From an uncultured Acidobacteriaceae bacterium (GTDB lineage: Bacteria > Acidobacteriota > Terriglobia > Terriglobales > Acidobacteriaceae), in NCBI GenBank assembly GCA_963791975.1, contig CAWBUJ010000006.1, positions 42,815-106,814 on the forward strand: a stretch of 64,000 nt of DNA. The letters run 5' to 3'. The notes beneath the pieces are model-generated. The model saw nothing but the letters and a program-made list of their open reading frames with translations. It was not told the DNA's origin and did not search any database. The number at the start of each line of letters is the position of its first letter. The stretch's first letter is position 1. Below are positions 18,493-27,546 of this stretch, one piece after another. The translations under genes were made by a program, and so were the position numbers.

Positions 18493-19295
18493 TTGACCTT
18501 CGCATCCTGGAACGCAGACACCATGATGGGCTCCGTCTTTTTCACCGTACCGCCCACTTGCTTAGTGGCGTATACCGCGTACACGCCGGGTGGCACCGCC
18601 TTTGATGTCGGGGTACTGATTTTCGGGAAGGACAGCTCCGCCGAATTGAGGCCGCTGACCGACACCCACTTGTACATCACTGTCCAGCCCGCATCGGGTT
18701 GTCCATCCTTGACGGTGTTGGCGATGACCGTAATCAGACGCCCGGCTCCCCACGCTTTACAATCCACCACTTTGATATGGAGGTCTTCGGCGATGCTCTC
18801 CAAGACCTTCTTCGCCGCCTCCTTCTTTTCGGGCTGTGTGTTCAATATGTTGGCCACCTGAACGCACCACCGGGCTTCGTGCGCCAGGTCGTCGACGTAC
18901 TCTTTCGGCGGGGGGATCAGCAACCAGTCGCCATCGCGTTTATAGTCGCCACCTGCGTTGTATCCCGGCCCACTCATTGCCCCCGCGTCCGCGTACCCTC
19001 CCTTCAGAAGTCCGCTGAACAACTGCCTTCTTGCATCGAGGATCTTCCACGAAATGTCAGGCTCGCTCTTGGCGATACTTTCCCCGCACTGCTGTATTCC
19101 AGCCAGCGCAATGGCGGTTGGCTCGAGCCGGGGCGGAGGCGAGAGAACCTGCGCGGCCAAAGTCGGGGCAGCTGCGAGCGCGACGACCAAGATGCAACAA
19201 ACACACAGGGCCCACAGGTAGGTCTTTCGCGTCCAGGACTGGTGAAGGCGAGCGCCAAACTGGTTGCCGAACTCGAGTTGGCGAGTTGTAGGCAT
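18471..19295 (-). CDS. Secreted or membrane-anchored protein of unknown function
   Basis: 274 aa. N-terminal hydrophobic anchor LWALCVCCILVVALAAAPTLAAQ. No recognised motif. Confidence 0.5.
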   Translation of the reverse strand: MPTTRQLEFGNQFGARLHQSWTRKTYLWALCVCCILVVALAAAPTLAAQVLSPPPRLEPTAIALAGIQQCGESIAKSEPDISWKILDARRQLFSGLLKGGYADAGAMSGPGYNAGGDYKRDGDWLLIPPPKEYVDDLAHEARWCVQVANILNTQPEKKEAAKKVLESIAEDLHIKVVDCKAWGAGRLITVIANTVKDGQPDAGWTVMYKWVSVSGLNSAELSFPKISTPTSKAVPPGVYAVYATKQVGGTVKKTEPIMVSAFQDAKVKCEIPVP

Positions 19296-19433
19296 ACGTA
19301 CATCCCCCTGGAATGGCCGAACTGGCAGGAGCGCGATGCACTAAAGGATATAGCACTTTTGCGGTTTCTGAGCATGGTTCGGGGTGTACCCAGCTTGAGG
19401 CCTGCTGCGGTCTCCTCTTGCCGGGCAGTTACA

Positions 19434-20789
19434 ATGAAGAGTTTCTTCCGATCCGAATTGCAGCCAAAGGAGCTCGCCTTGATCGCTCGCTACACGCGGC
19501 CTGAGATGGGGCGCATCTGGAGTGACGAAAACAAGTTTCGGACGTGGCTCGAGGTGGAAATCGCCGCCACCGAAACCCTCGCTGAGGCCGGAATTGTGCC
19601 GCAGTCTGCCGCCAAGGCCATCCGCGAGAAGGGCGACATCGATGTCGCCCGCATCAACCAGATTGAAGGCGAGGTGAAGCACGATGTCATCGCCTTCACG
19701 ACTGCCGTGGCGGAAAAGGTTGGTCCCGAATCCCGCTGGCTGCACTACGGACTAACGTCGAATGATGTGGTCGATACCGCGCAGGCGCTGCTGGTGAAGC
19801 AGGCGTCGGCCATCCTTCGCGAAGACCTGACGAAGCTGCGCGAGGTCCTGAAGCGCCGCGCCTGGGAGTTCAAGGACACTCCGGCGATCGGCCGCACGCA
19901 TGGCATCCACGCCGAGCCCATTACGTTCGGCCTGAAACTGGCGAACTGGTATTCGGAAGTGCAGCGCGACATCGAGCGTTTTGAGATGGCCGCCGAGCAG
20001 ATGCGCGTGGGAAAGCTTTCCGGGGCGGTGGGGAACGCGGCCCACCTTGAACCGGAATATGAAGAGAAAATCTGCCGGCGCCTGGGCCTGAATGTCGCTG
20101 CGGTTTCGTCGCAGGTCATTCAGCGCGATCGCCATGCCTTCTACGTCGCTACGCTGGCGGTGATCGCGTCCACGCTGGACAAGATTGCCACCGAGATTCG
20201 TCACCTGCAGCGCACCGAGGTCCGCGAGGCTGAAGAGTACTTCAGCGAGAAGCAGAAAGGCTCGTCGGCCATGCCGCATAAGCGTAATCCTGTGACCTGC
20301 GAGCAGATCAGCGGGCTGGCTCGCGTTGTGCGCTCCAACGCGCAGGCGGCGCTGGAGAATGTGGCGCTCTGGCACGAGCGCGACATCTCGCATTCCTCGG
20401 CCGAGCGCATCATCCTGCCGGACTCGACCATCCTGGTCGATTACCTGCTCAACAAAACGACCAATCTCATCGACACGTTGTTGGTCTATCCCAAGCGCAT
20501 GCTGAGTAACCTGGAATCGACGGGCGGGCTGGTCTTCAGCGGACAATTGCTGCTCGACCTGGTTGAAGCCGGCATGTTGCGCGAGGATGCCTACCGGCTG
20601 GTGCAATCGAATGCCATGCGAGCGTGGAAGGAAGATTTGAACTTCCGCGAGCTGATCATGAACGATCCGGAAATTACCTCGAAGGTGAAACGTGAGACGC
20701 TGGAACACGCATTCGATTTGCGGCGACCATTGCGAAATGTGGACAAGATCTTCCAGCGGGTGTTTGGAAAGGCGACTGCGAACAACTGA
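19434..20789 (+). CDS. purB: Adenylosuccinate lyase
   Basis: IARYTRPEMGRIWSDENKFRTWLEVE..., SSAMPHKRNP signature. The upstream 245 codons of the 696-aa ORF are spurious. An alternative TTG start lies at 19479. Confidence 0.9.
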   Translation: MKSFFRSELQPKELALIARYTRPEMGRIWSDENKFRTWLEVEIAATETLAEAGIVPQSAAKAIREKGDIDVARINQIEGEVKHDVIAFTTAVAEKVGPESRWLHYGLTSNDVVDTAQALLVKQASAILREDLTKLREVLKRRAWEFKDTPAIGRTHGIHAEPITFGLKLANWYSEVQRDIERFEMAAEQMRVGKLSGAVGNAAHLEPEYEEKICRRLGLNVAAVSSQVIQRDRHAFYVATLAVIASTLDKIATEIRHLQRTEVREAEEYFSEKQKGSSAMPHKRNPVTCEQISGLARVVRSNAQAALENVALWHERDISHSSAERIILPDSTILVDYLLNKTTNLIDTLLVYPKRMLSNLESTGGLVFSGQLLLDLVEAGMLREDAYRLVQSNAMRAWKEDLNFRELIMNDPEITSKVKRETLEHAFDLRRPLRNVDKIFQRVFGKATANN

Positions 20790-20864
20790 CACAGTCGAAC
20801 GAAGGGAACTGGAGTACCTGGCTGAACGCCCGTCGTTGGTCCGGCTTCCTATCGGAGGAGTGTT

Positions 20865-21338
20865 ATGAAAGCACCGGTATTACGGACGCTCGTCTTTCTG
20901 ATGATCGCCTATGGCGCATTTTCGAGTTCCTTCGACGCCGCTTTAGGTCTCTCCTACCGATTGCACTTTCCCAAGATTGCTGAGGTCTTTGGCGCGTTTA
21001 CGCCCGGTGACGACTATCGCCGGTTTATCCCGGTGTTTGATGCAGTTCCTTCATGGGCGGTCGGGCTATCGCTCGTGGCTGGTCTGCTTTACCTGGCGAC
21101 ATTGTGGCCCTTGTTGCGGGGACGCCGCGAGCTTTTCCCATTCTTCACCGCGGCAGTTGCGGTGGATCTGATTCACTACGCAGTTCTGAGAAGCATTCCT
21201 GCCTACGCGGCATTGATGGGATCAGGCCACATACACATGGAATACTTGCTATATGGGTTTCTCCTGGCGGGCTGTGGAATCGCCTGGTGGATTGCTCGCC
21301 CGCCGCAAAGCCCGCTGTTTGCGGCACCGCAGAGTTGA
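20865..21338 (+). CDS. Membrane protein of unknown function
   Basis: 157 aa, 4 hydrophobic segments. Confidence 0.45.
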   Translation: MKAPVLRTLVFLMIAYGAFSSSFDAALGLSYRLHFPKIAEVFGAFTPGDDYRRFIPVFDAVPSWAVGLSLVAGLLYLATLWPLLRGRRELFPFFTAAVAVDLIHYAVLRSIPAYAALMGSGHIHMEYLLYGFLLAGCGIAWWIARPPQSPLFAAPQS

Positions 21339-21355
21339 CAACCGGCAACTGAAAA

Positions 21356-22105
21356 CTACTCCAGCCGATTGATGATCGAGGCGACATATCCCGCGCCAAA
21401 GCCGTTGTCAATGTTCACTACGCTGACATTCGAAGCGCACGAGTTCAGCATTCCGAGCAGCGCTGCAACGCCCTGGTAGGAAGCGCCATAGCCCACGCTG
21501 GTCGGCACCGCGATCACCGGAACACCGACCAATCCGCCGACGACGCTGGGCAACGCGCCTTCCATTCCGGCGCAGACGATCAGCACGCGGGCCTGAGTCA
21601 ACGTCTCGCGGCGGGCCAACAGACGATGGATGCCGGCGACCCCGACGTCATACACGTGCTGCACCTCGTTGCCCATGACCTGCGCCGTGACCACCGCTTC
21701 TTCGGCCACCGGAATGTCACTGGTACCCGCAGACACCACGACGATCGTCCCTTTGCCGTAGTTGGTTTCGTCCTGCGTCAGCGTGACGGCACGCGCCAGC
21801 TCATGCATTTCGGCTTTGCGAACCTTGCGCCGTAGCGCGCGGAACTGCTCGGCTGAAACCCGCGTGGCCAGGACGTTGTGGCCGTGTTGCGCGAGCCGCG
21901 CGAAGATCTCGGCAAACTGTTGCGGACTCTTTCCCGGACCGAAGATCACTTCCGGCATGCCGGCACGTAGTGCACGATGATGGTCCACATTGGCGAAGCC
22001 GAGGTCCTCGAAGGGAAGATGCTTCAGCCGCTGCACGGCTTCGTCGGGCGACAGCTTGCCGCGCTTGACCTGTTCGAAGAGTTTCTTGATGGCTTCCGAA
22101 TTCAT
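21356..22105 (-). CDS. larB: LarB-like PurE-family protein (nickel pincer cofactor biosynthesis / AIR carboxylase-related)
   Basis: [27 protein letters not shown]...[16 protein letters not shown]...[14 protein letters not shown]...VPTSVGYG. Only the last 250 codons of the 491-aa ORF are called. Confidence 0.75.
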   Translation of the reverse strand: MNSEAIKKLFEQVKRGKLSPDEAVQRLKHLPFEDLGFANVDHHRALRAGMPEVIFGPGKSPQQFAEIFARLAQHGHNVLATRVSAEQFRALRRKVRKAEMHELARAVTLTQDETNYGKGTIVVVSAGTSDIPVAEEAVVTAQVMGNEVQHVYDVGVAGIHRLLARRETLTQARVLIVCAGMEGALPSVVGGLVGVPVIAVPTSVGYGASYQGVAALLGMLNSCASNVSVVNIDNGFGAGYVASIINRLE

Positions 22106-22109
22106 GGAG

Positions 22110-22140
22110 CAGTAGTCAGTAGTCAGTTGCCAGTTGTCAG
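22110..22140. repeat. Heptanucleotide tandem array CAGTAGT CAGTAGT CAGTTGC CAGTTGT CAG
   Basis: Read directly. Sits between divergent larB and ubiX, 5 nt from the larB start. Confidence 0.8.
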
Positions 22141-22261
22141 CAAAAGTTTTCGAATCTCGAGCTTCAAGTCTACCCCGGAAGCCGGCGGCACTGGGGTCCG
22201 GTCTACGTCGGCGTGAAGCACACGGGCTGTCCGGCATCGAGTGGTACGATGAAAAGCTCAG

Positions 22262-22876
22262 ATGTTCGCGTCCATGAATACAGCGCCTCGAACCATGACT
22301 GTCGCCGTCACCGGCGCGAGCGGTTCCATCTTCGCCAGGCACTTGCTCGATACGCTGGACCGCGACGATCGCGTGGCCACCGTCAACGTTATCTTCTCCG
22401 ACAGCGGGCTGCGGGTGATGGCCGAAGAGCTGGAGGTGGCGGGCCGCAACGACGTGGTCCGCAAGCTGCTGGGAAGAGCGTCGCAGAAGATCCGCGAGCA
22501 GAGCAACACCGACATCGGCGCCAACGTGGCCAGCGGCTCGTACCAGGCCGACGCCATGATCGTGCTGCCATGCAGCGTGGGAACGCTGGCGCGCATCGCG
22601 CACGGCATGGCGATCCAGCTTATTGAGCGGGCGGCAGACGTCTGCCTCAAGGAGCGCCGGCCGCTCATCCTGTGCGTGCGCGAGACTCCCTTCAACCTTA
22701 TCCACCTGCGGAACATGACCCAGGCTGCCGAAGCGGGGGCCACCATCTTTCCCATTATTCCGGCGTTCTATTTTCGTCCCGTCTCCACCGACGAGATCGC
22801 GCGCGAGTTCGTCAATCGCGTTCTCGCCCACGTTGGCCTGCCGCAGCCCGGCGCGTATCAGTGGAAGGGCATGTGA
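22262..22876 (+). CDS. ubiX: UbiX-family flavin prenyltransferase
   Basis: [18 protein letters not shown]..., [20 protein letters not shown]. The true start may be ATG 22292. Confidence 0.85.
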   Translation: MFASMNTAPRTMTVAVTGASGSIFARHLLDTLDRDDRVATVNVIFSDSGLRVMAEELEVAGRNDVVRKLLGRASQKIREQSNTDIGANVASGSYQADAMIVLPCSVGTLARIAHGMAIQLIERAADVCLKERRPLILCVRETPFNLIHLRNMTQAAEAGATIFPIIPAFYFRPVSTDEIAREFVNRVLAHVGLPQPGAYQWKGM

Positions 22877-22911
22877 CCCCCGTTTTGCCGCGAGCTGGCA
22901 CTAGCTCCCTC

Positions 22912-24339
22912 TCATAACGCCGAAACCGGCGGGGACGAAACTTTGGTTTGCTCGTTGCGTACCGCCAGTAATGCCAGGGCGCAGGAGCCAAGACGCGCCA
23001 GGATATTATCGGTGCGGCTGGTGACAACCACCGGCACCCGGGCGCCGATCACCATGCCGCAAGCCTGCGCGTCCGACATGTACTCGAGTTGCTTCATCAG
23101 GATGGCGCCGGCTTCCAGGTCCGGAACCACCAGGATGTCGGCGTTTCCCGCAACCGGCGAGCCGACGCATTTCGTCCGGGCTGCGGCTTCCGACACCGCA
23201 ACGTCAAAGCCCAGCGGTCCGTCGAGTATGCCTCCGGTAATCTGGCCGCGGTCAGCCATCTTGCACAGCACGGCCGCGTCATAGGACGAGGGCAACTGCG
23301 GCAAAACATTTTCGTGCGCCGACAAAAGCGCAACTTTCGGCTGCTCGATCGCCAGCGCATGTACCAGGTCGATGGCGTTCTGCACGATATCGCGCTTCTC
23401 TTCCACCGTGGGTGAAACGTTCACCACGGTATCGGTCATGAAGAGAGGACGAGGGAAGCTCGGTATTTCCACCGCGGCAACGTGGCTCATGCGCCGCGCG
23501 GTTTGCAATCCCTGCGGCGTATCCACAAACTGCAGTAACTCCCGGGCGTGGAGGCTGCCCTTCATCAGGGCTTCGACCTTGTGTTCACGGGCCATAGTGA
23601 CCGCAAGCTCCGCCGCCTGGTGGCTGTGCTCGGTAAACTCCGTTTCGAATTGCGAGATGTCCAGCTTGCAGTACTCCGCTGCGGCGCGGATCTTCGCTTC
23701 CGGCCCTACCAGCACTGGGATAATCAGGTTGGCTTCGGCGGCTTCGATGGCCGCCAGCAGGGAGGCCGTATCGACAGGATGGACGACCGCGGTGCGAATC
23801 GGGTACAGACCCTTGGCGAGCTCGATCAGCCGGCGATAATGGCGTCCCTTTTCCAGCAGCTTCACCTCAGGCAGCCGGACTCGTTCACGCGAAATTTTTT
23901 CCGTGGGCGCGATCACCTCGGCGGTACCGCTGATGACGATCTCGCCGCGCTGATTGGTAGCCTGGCACTCCAGGGTAACGCGGTGCTTGTCTTCGTCCTT
24001 CTCCGCGACCTTGACGGTCACGGTGACGGTGTCGCCCAACCCGACCGGCCGGCGGAAGCGCAACGATTGCCCCAGATAAATGGCGCCGGGGCCGGGAAGC
24101 TGCGTCCCCAGCACGGTGGAGATCAACGCCCCGCCCCACATGCCGTGGGCGATGATCTTGTGGAACATGTCGCTGTCAGCGAAGGCCTTATCCACATGGG
24201 CCGGATTCACGTCGCCCGACATGATGGCGAACAGCTCGATGTCGCGGTAGGTGAGGGTGCGGGAAAGGCTGGCGGTGTCGCCAACGCTGAGCTCGGAAAA
24301 TGTCCGGTTCTCAATTCGATCAAGGGCGGCAATGCTCAT
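22912..24339 (-). CDS. Bifunctional MaoC-like enoyl-CoA hydratase / phosphate acetyl(butyryl)transferase
   Basis: N-terminal hot-dog (SGDVNPAHVD...IAHGMW), C-terminal PTA_PTB region (...SRTDNILARLGSCALA). Confidence 0.8.
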   Translation of the reverse strand: MSIAALDRIENRTFSELSVGDTASLSRTLTYRDIELFAIMSGDVNPAHVDKAFADSDMFHKIIAHGMWGGALISTVLGTQLPGPGAIYLGQSLRFRRPVGLGDTVTVTVKVAEKDEDKHRVTLECQATNQRGEIVISGTAEVIAPTEKISRERVRLPEVKLLEKGRHYRRLIELAKGLYPIRTAVVHPVDTASLLAAIEAAEANLIIPVLVGPEAKIRAAAEYCKLDISQFETEFTEHSHQAAELAVTMAREHKVEALMKGSLHARELLQFVDTPQGLQTARRMSHVAAVEIPSFPRPLFMTDTVVNVSPTVEEKRDIVQNAIDLVHALAIEQPKVALLSAHENVLPQLPSSYDAAVLCKMADRGQITGGILDGPLGFDVAVSEAAARTKCVGSPVAGNADILVVPDLEAGAILMKQLEYMSDAQACGMVIGARVPVVVTSRTDNILARLGSCALALLAVRNEQTKVSSPPVSAL

Positions 24340-24925
24340 AAGGCGCCTCGCAGACAGCCGTTACGACTCGGATTCGCAGTGTGCACATCTTTGGATGCGG
24401 GAAGGACAATGTGGAATGGTCGTATCTGAGACAGCGACCGGTGACAGGCCTCAATCAGAGGAAGCACCACTTCGGTGCCATAATCGTCATTTATTATGTT
24501 CTTTAGAATCATCGCATTACGAACTTTTCCCTGGCAAGCTCTTGATTCATAATGGTTATAAGCTATCTTCTTCTAATGCAATCACTTACAATTCTCCTCC
24601 CAAGGTCGGTTCCGGAGAGCGGTGCGCACTGCCATGGCGGGCACACAACAATTCGCTCCTCCCAATTCTAGGGATAACGTCCAGCGCAACGCCAGGGCAA
24701 GTGCACGGGACACAATGGCGTGTGACGTGAACGCGATTAAGCGCGGTCGAGAAATGCGCTCTGAAGCCGTGCCCCTTAGCCACCGAAACAGATGAATAAT
24801 GCAGGGCTAATGCCGCTGCTCCACCCAGGGATACAGCAGTCAGGCATTCCATGTCACCTTGCATGGTGACCTGCGCGCTTTCGGTATTCCCCCCGCAGGT
24901 GCGAGACTTTGGAGTGGAGGTTCCC

Positions 24926-25105
24926 ATGTGGCTCAAGGCTCTTGGCGTGGTGGCAATCGTCCTCTTCTTCGTTTGAATCATTGCCGTGCTCCAGGGCTGG
25001 AGCAAGAGTGACTTGTCGGGACGCTTCATCGGCGCGGCTTTCGTCCTCGTCATGGGCGCAGCAGCCGCCTGGGGAGTCCGGGCGCTGCTGGGGGCTGGAC
25101 ACTGA
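24926..25105 (+). CDS. Candidate small two-helix membrane protein interrupted by an in-frame TGA at 24974-24976
   Basis: GGAGG lies 5 nt upstream of the ATG. MWLKALGVVAIVLFFV-TGA-IIAVLQGWSKSDLSGRFIGAAFVLVMGAAAAWGVRALLGAGH. GC-rich third positions on both sides of the stop. Confidence 0.3.
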
Positions 25106-25170
25106 GGGGACGCCGATCCCGGCTTGGCTTGATCGGGGCTCTATCCTGATTTCTCAGGGCCAGCGAAAGC

Positions 25171-25503
25171 ATGGTGTGGCTTATCATTCATGCCATGGAC
25201 AAGCAGCACTTCTACCTTAAGCTGATCCCGCCCCGGCCAACCTTTCCCGGAGATATCACTGACAACGAGAGGGCGTTGATGGAGGAGCACGGAGCTTACT
25301 GCGTGCAGCAGTTTGCCGCCGGCAAGCTTCTGGCCTACGGTCCGGTGATGGCGCCGGATGGGGCCTTCGGAGTCGCCATTTTGGAGGTTGCGGACGAGGC
25401 TGAGGCCCGGCAGTTCGGCGAAGACGATCCTTCTGTGCGGGCCGGCATGAACCGCTTCCAGTTGTATCCCATGCGGGTAGCTGCCTCGCGCGCCAAGAGT
25501 TGA
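25171..25503 (+). CDS. YciI-family protein
   Basis: 110 aa. ...GKLLAYGPVMAPDGAFGVAILEVADEAEARQFGEDDPSV... is YCII-like. Confidence 0.65.
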   Translation: MVWLIIHAMDKQHFYLKLIPPRPTFPGDITDNERALMEEHGAYCVQQFAAGKLLAYGPVMAPDGAFGVAILEVADEAEARQFGEDDPSVRAGMNRFQLYPMRVAASRAKS

Positions 25504-25642
25504 AGCGCTCGGCAAACGTGGGGCATTTGCTTCCCTGTATGCGATGGAATGAGACTCCTATGCACCTTTTAGAGGCATTGCTGCGTCATATCAATTGAGC
25601 GTTTGCATGCTCAATGGCTATGATCAGAACCAGGAGAGAAAA

Positions 25643-25938
25643 ATGAAGGCAATTTTAATTGTGCTAATTGCTGCGACCCTCACGGTTGGAACCGCGGTCC
25701 TCGCCCAGGACCTTACCCAGGACACCAAGAAGGTCGCCGACAAGACAGCGGACGTTACGAAAGACACCAGCAAGGACGTTGCTCACGGCACCAAGAAAGC
25801 GGCGACCAAGACCGCTAGACGTCACCGAAAGATGTAGCCACCAGCAAAGACGTCGCTCACGGAACTGCCACCGGCGCCAAGAAGACCGGCAAAGCGGTAG
25901 ACAAGGGCGTCACGAAGACGGTCGACGCCATCAAGTAG
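25643..25938 (+). pseudogene. Small secreted Lys/Asp/Thr-rich repeat protein, reading frame broken near 25819-25834
   Basis: Signal peptide MKAILIVLIAATLTVGTAVLAQ, then KDT/KDV repeats. The repeat continues in another frame (KDVATSKDVAHGTATGAKKTGKAVDKGVTKTVDAIK) that has no start codon of its own. Confidence 0.55.
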
Positions 25939-26335
25939 TCTTCAGGCTGCCGTCCGCGGAGCCTCGGGAGAGTGCTACTCTGACCACCACATCGAACTTC
26001 GAGTAGTACTTCTTCACATCCGCAGCCCCATACTTGGAGCGGAACGCCTCGATGACGTGCATCACGACCTTCGGATCGGTGATGGGGGTGGCCTGGAACT
26101 TTCCTTCCTTGTCCCGAGCCGAGATTCGGACCTCAGGATTGCGAAGCACGTTCTTGTACCACTGGGTGTCGGAGCCCTGGACCGGCATAAGGTAGAGCGT
26201 GTCGCTGCTCTCCATGACGAACCAGACGGGGATGGAGATTTCGCGTCCCGTTTTTCTGCCGGTCACGGTGAGTGTGACCTCTCGGTAGAGGGCCAGCCGT
26301 CCTTTGAGCGAATCCTGGGAAGCCGGCATCGTCAC
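25931..26335 (-). CDS. DUF385 / deazaflavin-dependent nitroreductase-family protein
   Basis: TGRKTGREISIPVWF...LYLMPVQGSDTQWYKNVLRNPEVRI pattern. Confidence 0.6.
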   Translation of the reverse strand: MTMPASQDSLKGRLALYREVTLTVTGRKTGREISIPVWFVMESSDTLYLMPVQGSDTQWYKNVLRNPEVRISARDKEGKFQATPITDPKVVMHVIEAFRSKYGAADVKKYYSKFDVVVRVALSRGSADGSLKTT

Positions 26336-26363
26336 CTCCGGAATGATCTCTGCACTATTCGCC

Positions 26364-27500
26364 TTATTCCGTTTTGGTCGAGCCGTAGTCGGTACGCAGC
26401 TCGCCGCTTCGGATTTGCTGGATGAAGATCGGGACTTCGCGGTTGATCAGATCAGCCCGGTCGATTGGTAGATGGTGTCCACTTCCTTTGGCAATGATTC
26501 TACGGCTGCGGGTGGACAAGCGTTTTAAGGCTTCCTGGTCGTGGTCCCACACCACACTCATTTCGAGCGCCAGCTTGGGCGGAAGGTGGGAAGTCTGTCT
26601 GTCCAGTTGAGTATCTCGCGAAAAGATCAGGACCGGCAGGTCGCCATATGGGCCGGTATTAATCGTTTCTTCGCCGGACCGCCGAAAGGCCGTGTACTCT
26701 CTCCAGACCTCGCCCAACAACATACCGCAATCGAGTTGTCCCTTCATTCTTGCAAATTGCCCATCAAAACGAGAGTCAACCGAGCAGTCGCCCGTAAGCC
26801 GCGGTATACCAAGAGCCATGAGCGCAACATAAGAATAGTACTGAGACGTAGAGGGCGTGTGGGCTTTCAGATCCGCAGATTCATGGTCCTCTTCCAGGGG
26901 CGTGGCGCCCTCAACAAAGATCAGCCCAGCCAAGCTCTGGGGATAATGTGTAGCGTAAGCACGTATATCGATACCCCCCATCGAGTGTCCCATTAGGACA
27001 ATGGGGCCACTCACACCAGCTTGCTGCAACAGAGCATGTAATTCACTAGCAATGTTGTCGGCGTCTCGCGGATCGGGCCCCGGAGTGCTCCAGCCCATTC
27101 CGGCGCGGTCATACGAGCACACTCGCGTAGTCTTGGAGAGTTCCGGTTGCACCTTGTGCCATGCCAACGAATCATTTCCCATGCCCGCATCGAGGACAAG
27201 AGTTGGAGAGCCCTCACCCGTGCAGTAGATATGCATGTCGTGTCCGTTGACAACGTACATCTTCCCCGGAGCCGGGTAGATAGAACGGTAATAGCGAAGG
27301 GCAGCCGCATTGAATATGGTGCTGCCCGCAGCCATCACGCAAACCAGGATAACCAGCGAAAGCAATGCCCATTCCGTGATGCGACGCCACTTGGCAGGTG
27401 GTGTGCGTCGCAGGGTGCGCAGGCGGCGGACGGAGAGCGCGACGATCAAGATCGCGACCAGCACGATGACAATGGGAAGAGCCAGTGGATTGGGATTCAA
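26364..27500 (-). CDS. Membrane-anchored alpha/beta hydrolase
   Basis: N-terminal TM segments. Nucleophile elbow GHSMGG. Confidence 0.75.
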   Translation of the reverse strand: MNPNPLALPIVIVLVAILIVALSVRRLRTLRRTPPAKWRRITEWALLSLVILVCVMAAGSTIFNAAALRYYRSIYPAPGKMYVVNGHDMHIYCTGEGSPTLVLDAGMGNDSLAWHKVQPELSKTTRVCSYDRAGMGWSTPGPDPRDADNIASELHALLQQAGVSGPIVLMGHSMGGIDIRAYATHYPQSLAGLIFVEGATPLEEDHESADLKAHTPSTSQYYSYVALMALGIPRLTGDCSVDSRFDGQFARMKGQLDCGMLLGEVWREYTAFRRSGEETINTGPYGDLPVLIFSRDTQLDRQTSHLPPKLALEMSVVWDHDQEALKRLSTRSRRIIAKGSGHHLPIDRADLINREVPIFIQQIRSGELRTDYGSTKTE

Positions 27501-27546
27501 CAGTGTGCTCCTTTAGGGAATCCCCGAATAGCGACTGCCGTTGAGT

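Noticed and set aside
22106-22831. N-terminal 240 codons of the 491-aa ORF containing larB, and likewise the first 245 codons of the 696-aa ORF containing purB (18699-19433).
   Set aside because: Family similarity begins at internal Met codons. The upstream parts overlap other genes or spacers and look non-protein-like.
24600-24860. RNase P RNA-like fragments (AACGCCAGGG, ACAGATGAATAATG).
   Set aside because: The universally conserved GAGGAAAGTCC and ACAGAACCCGGCTTA elements are absent on both strands.
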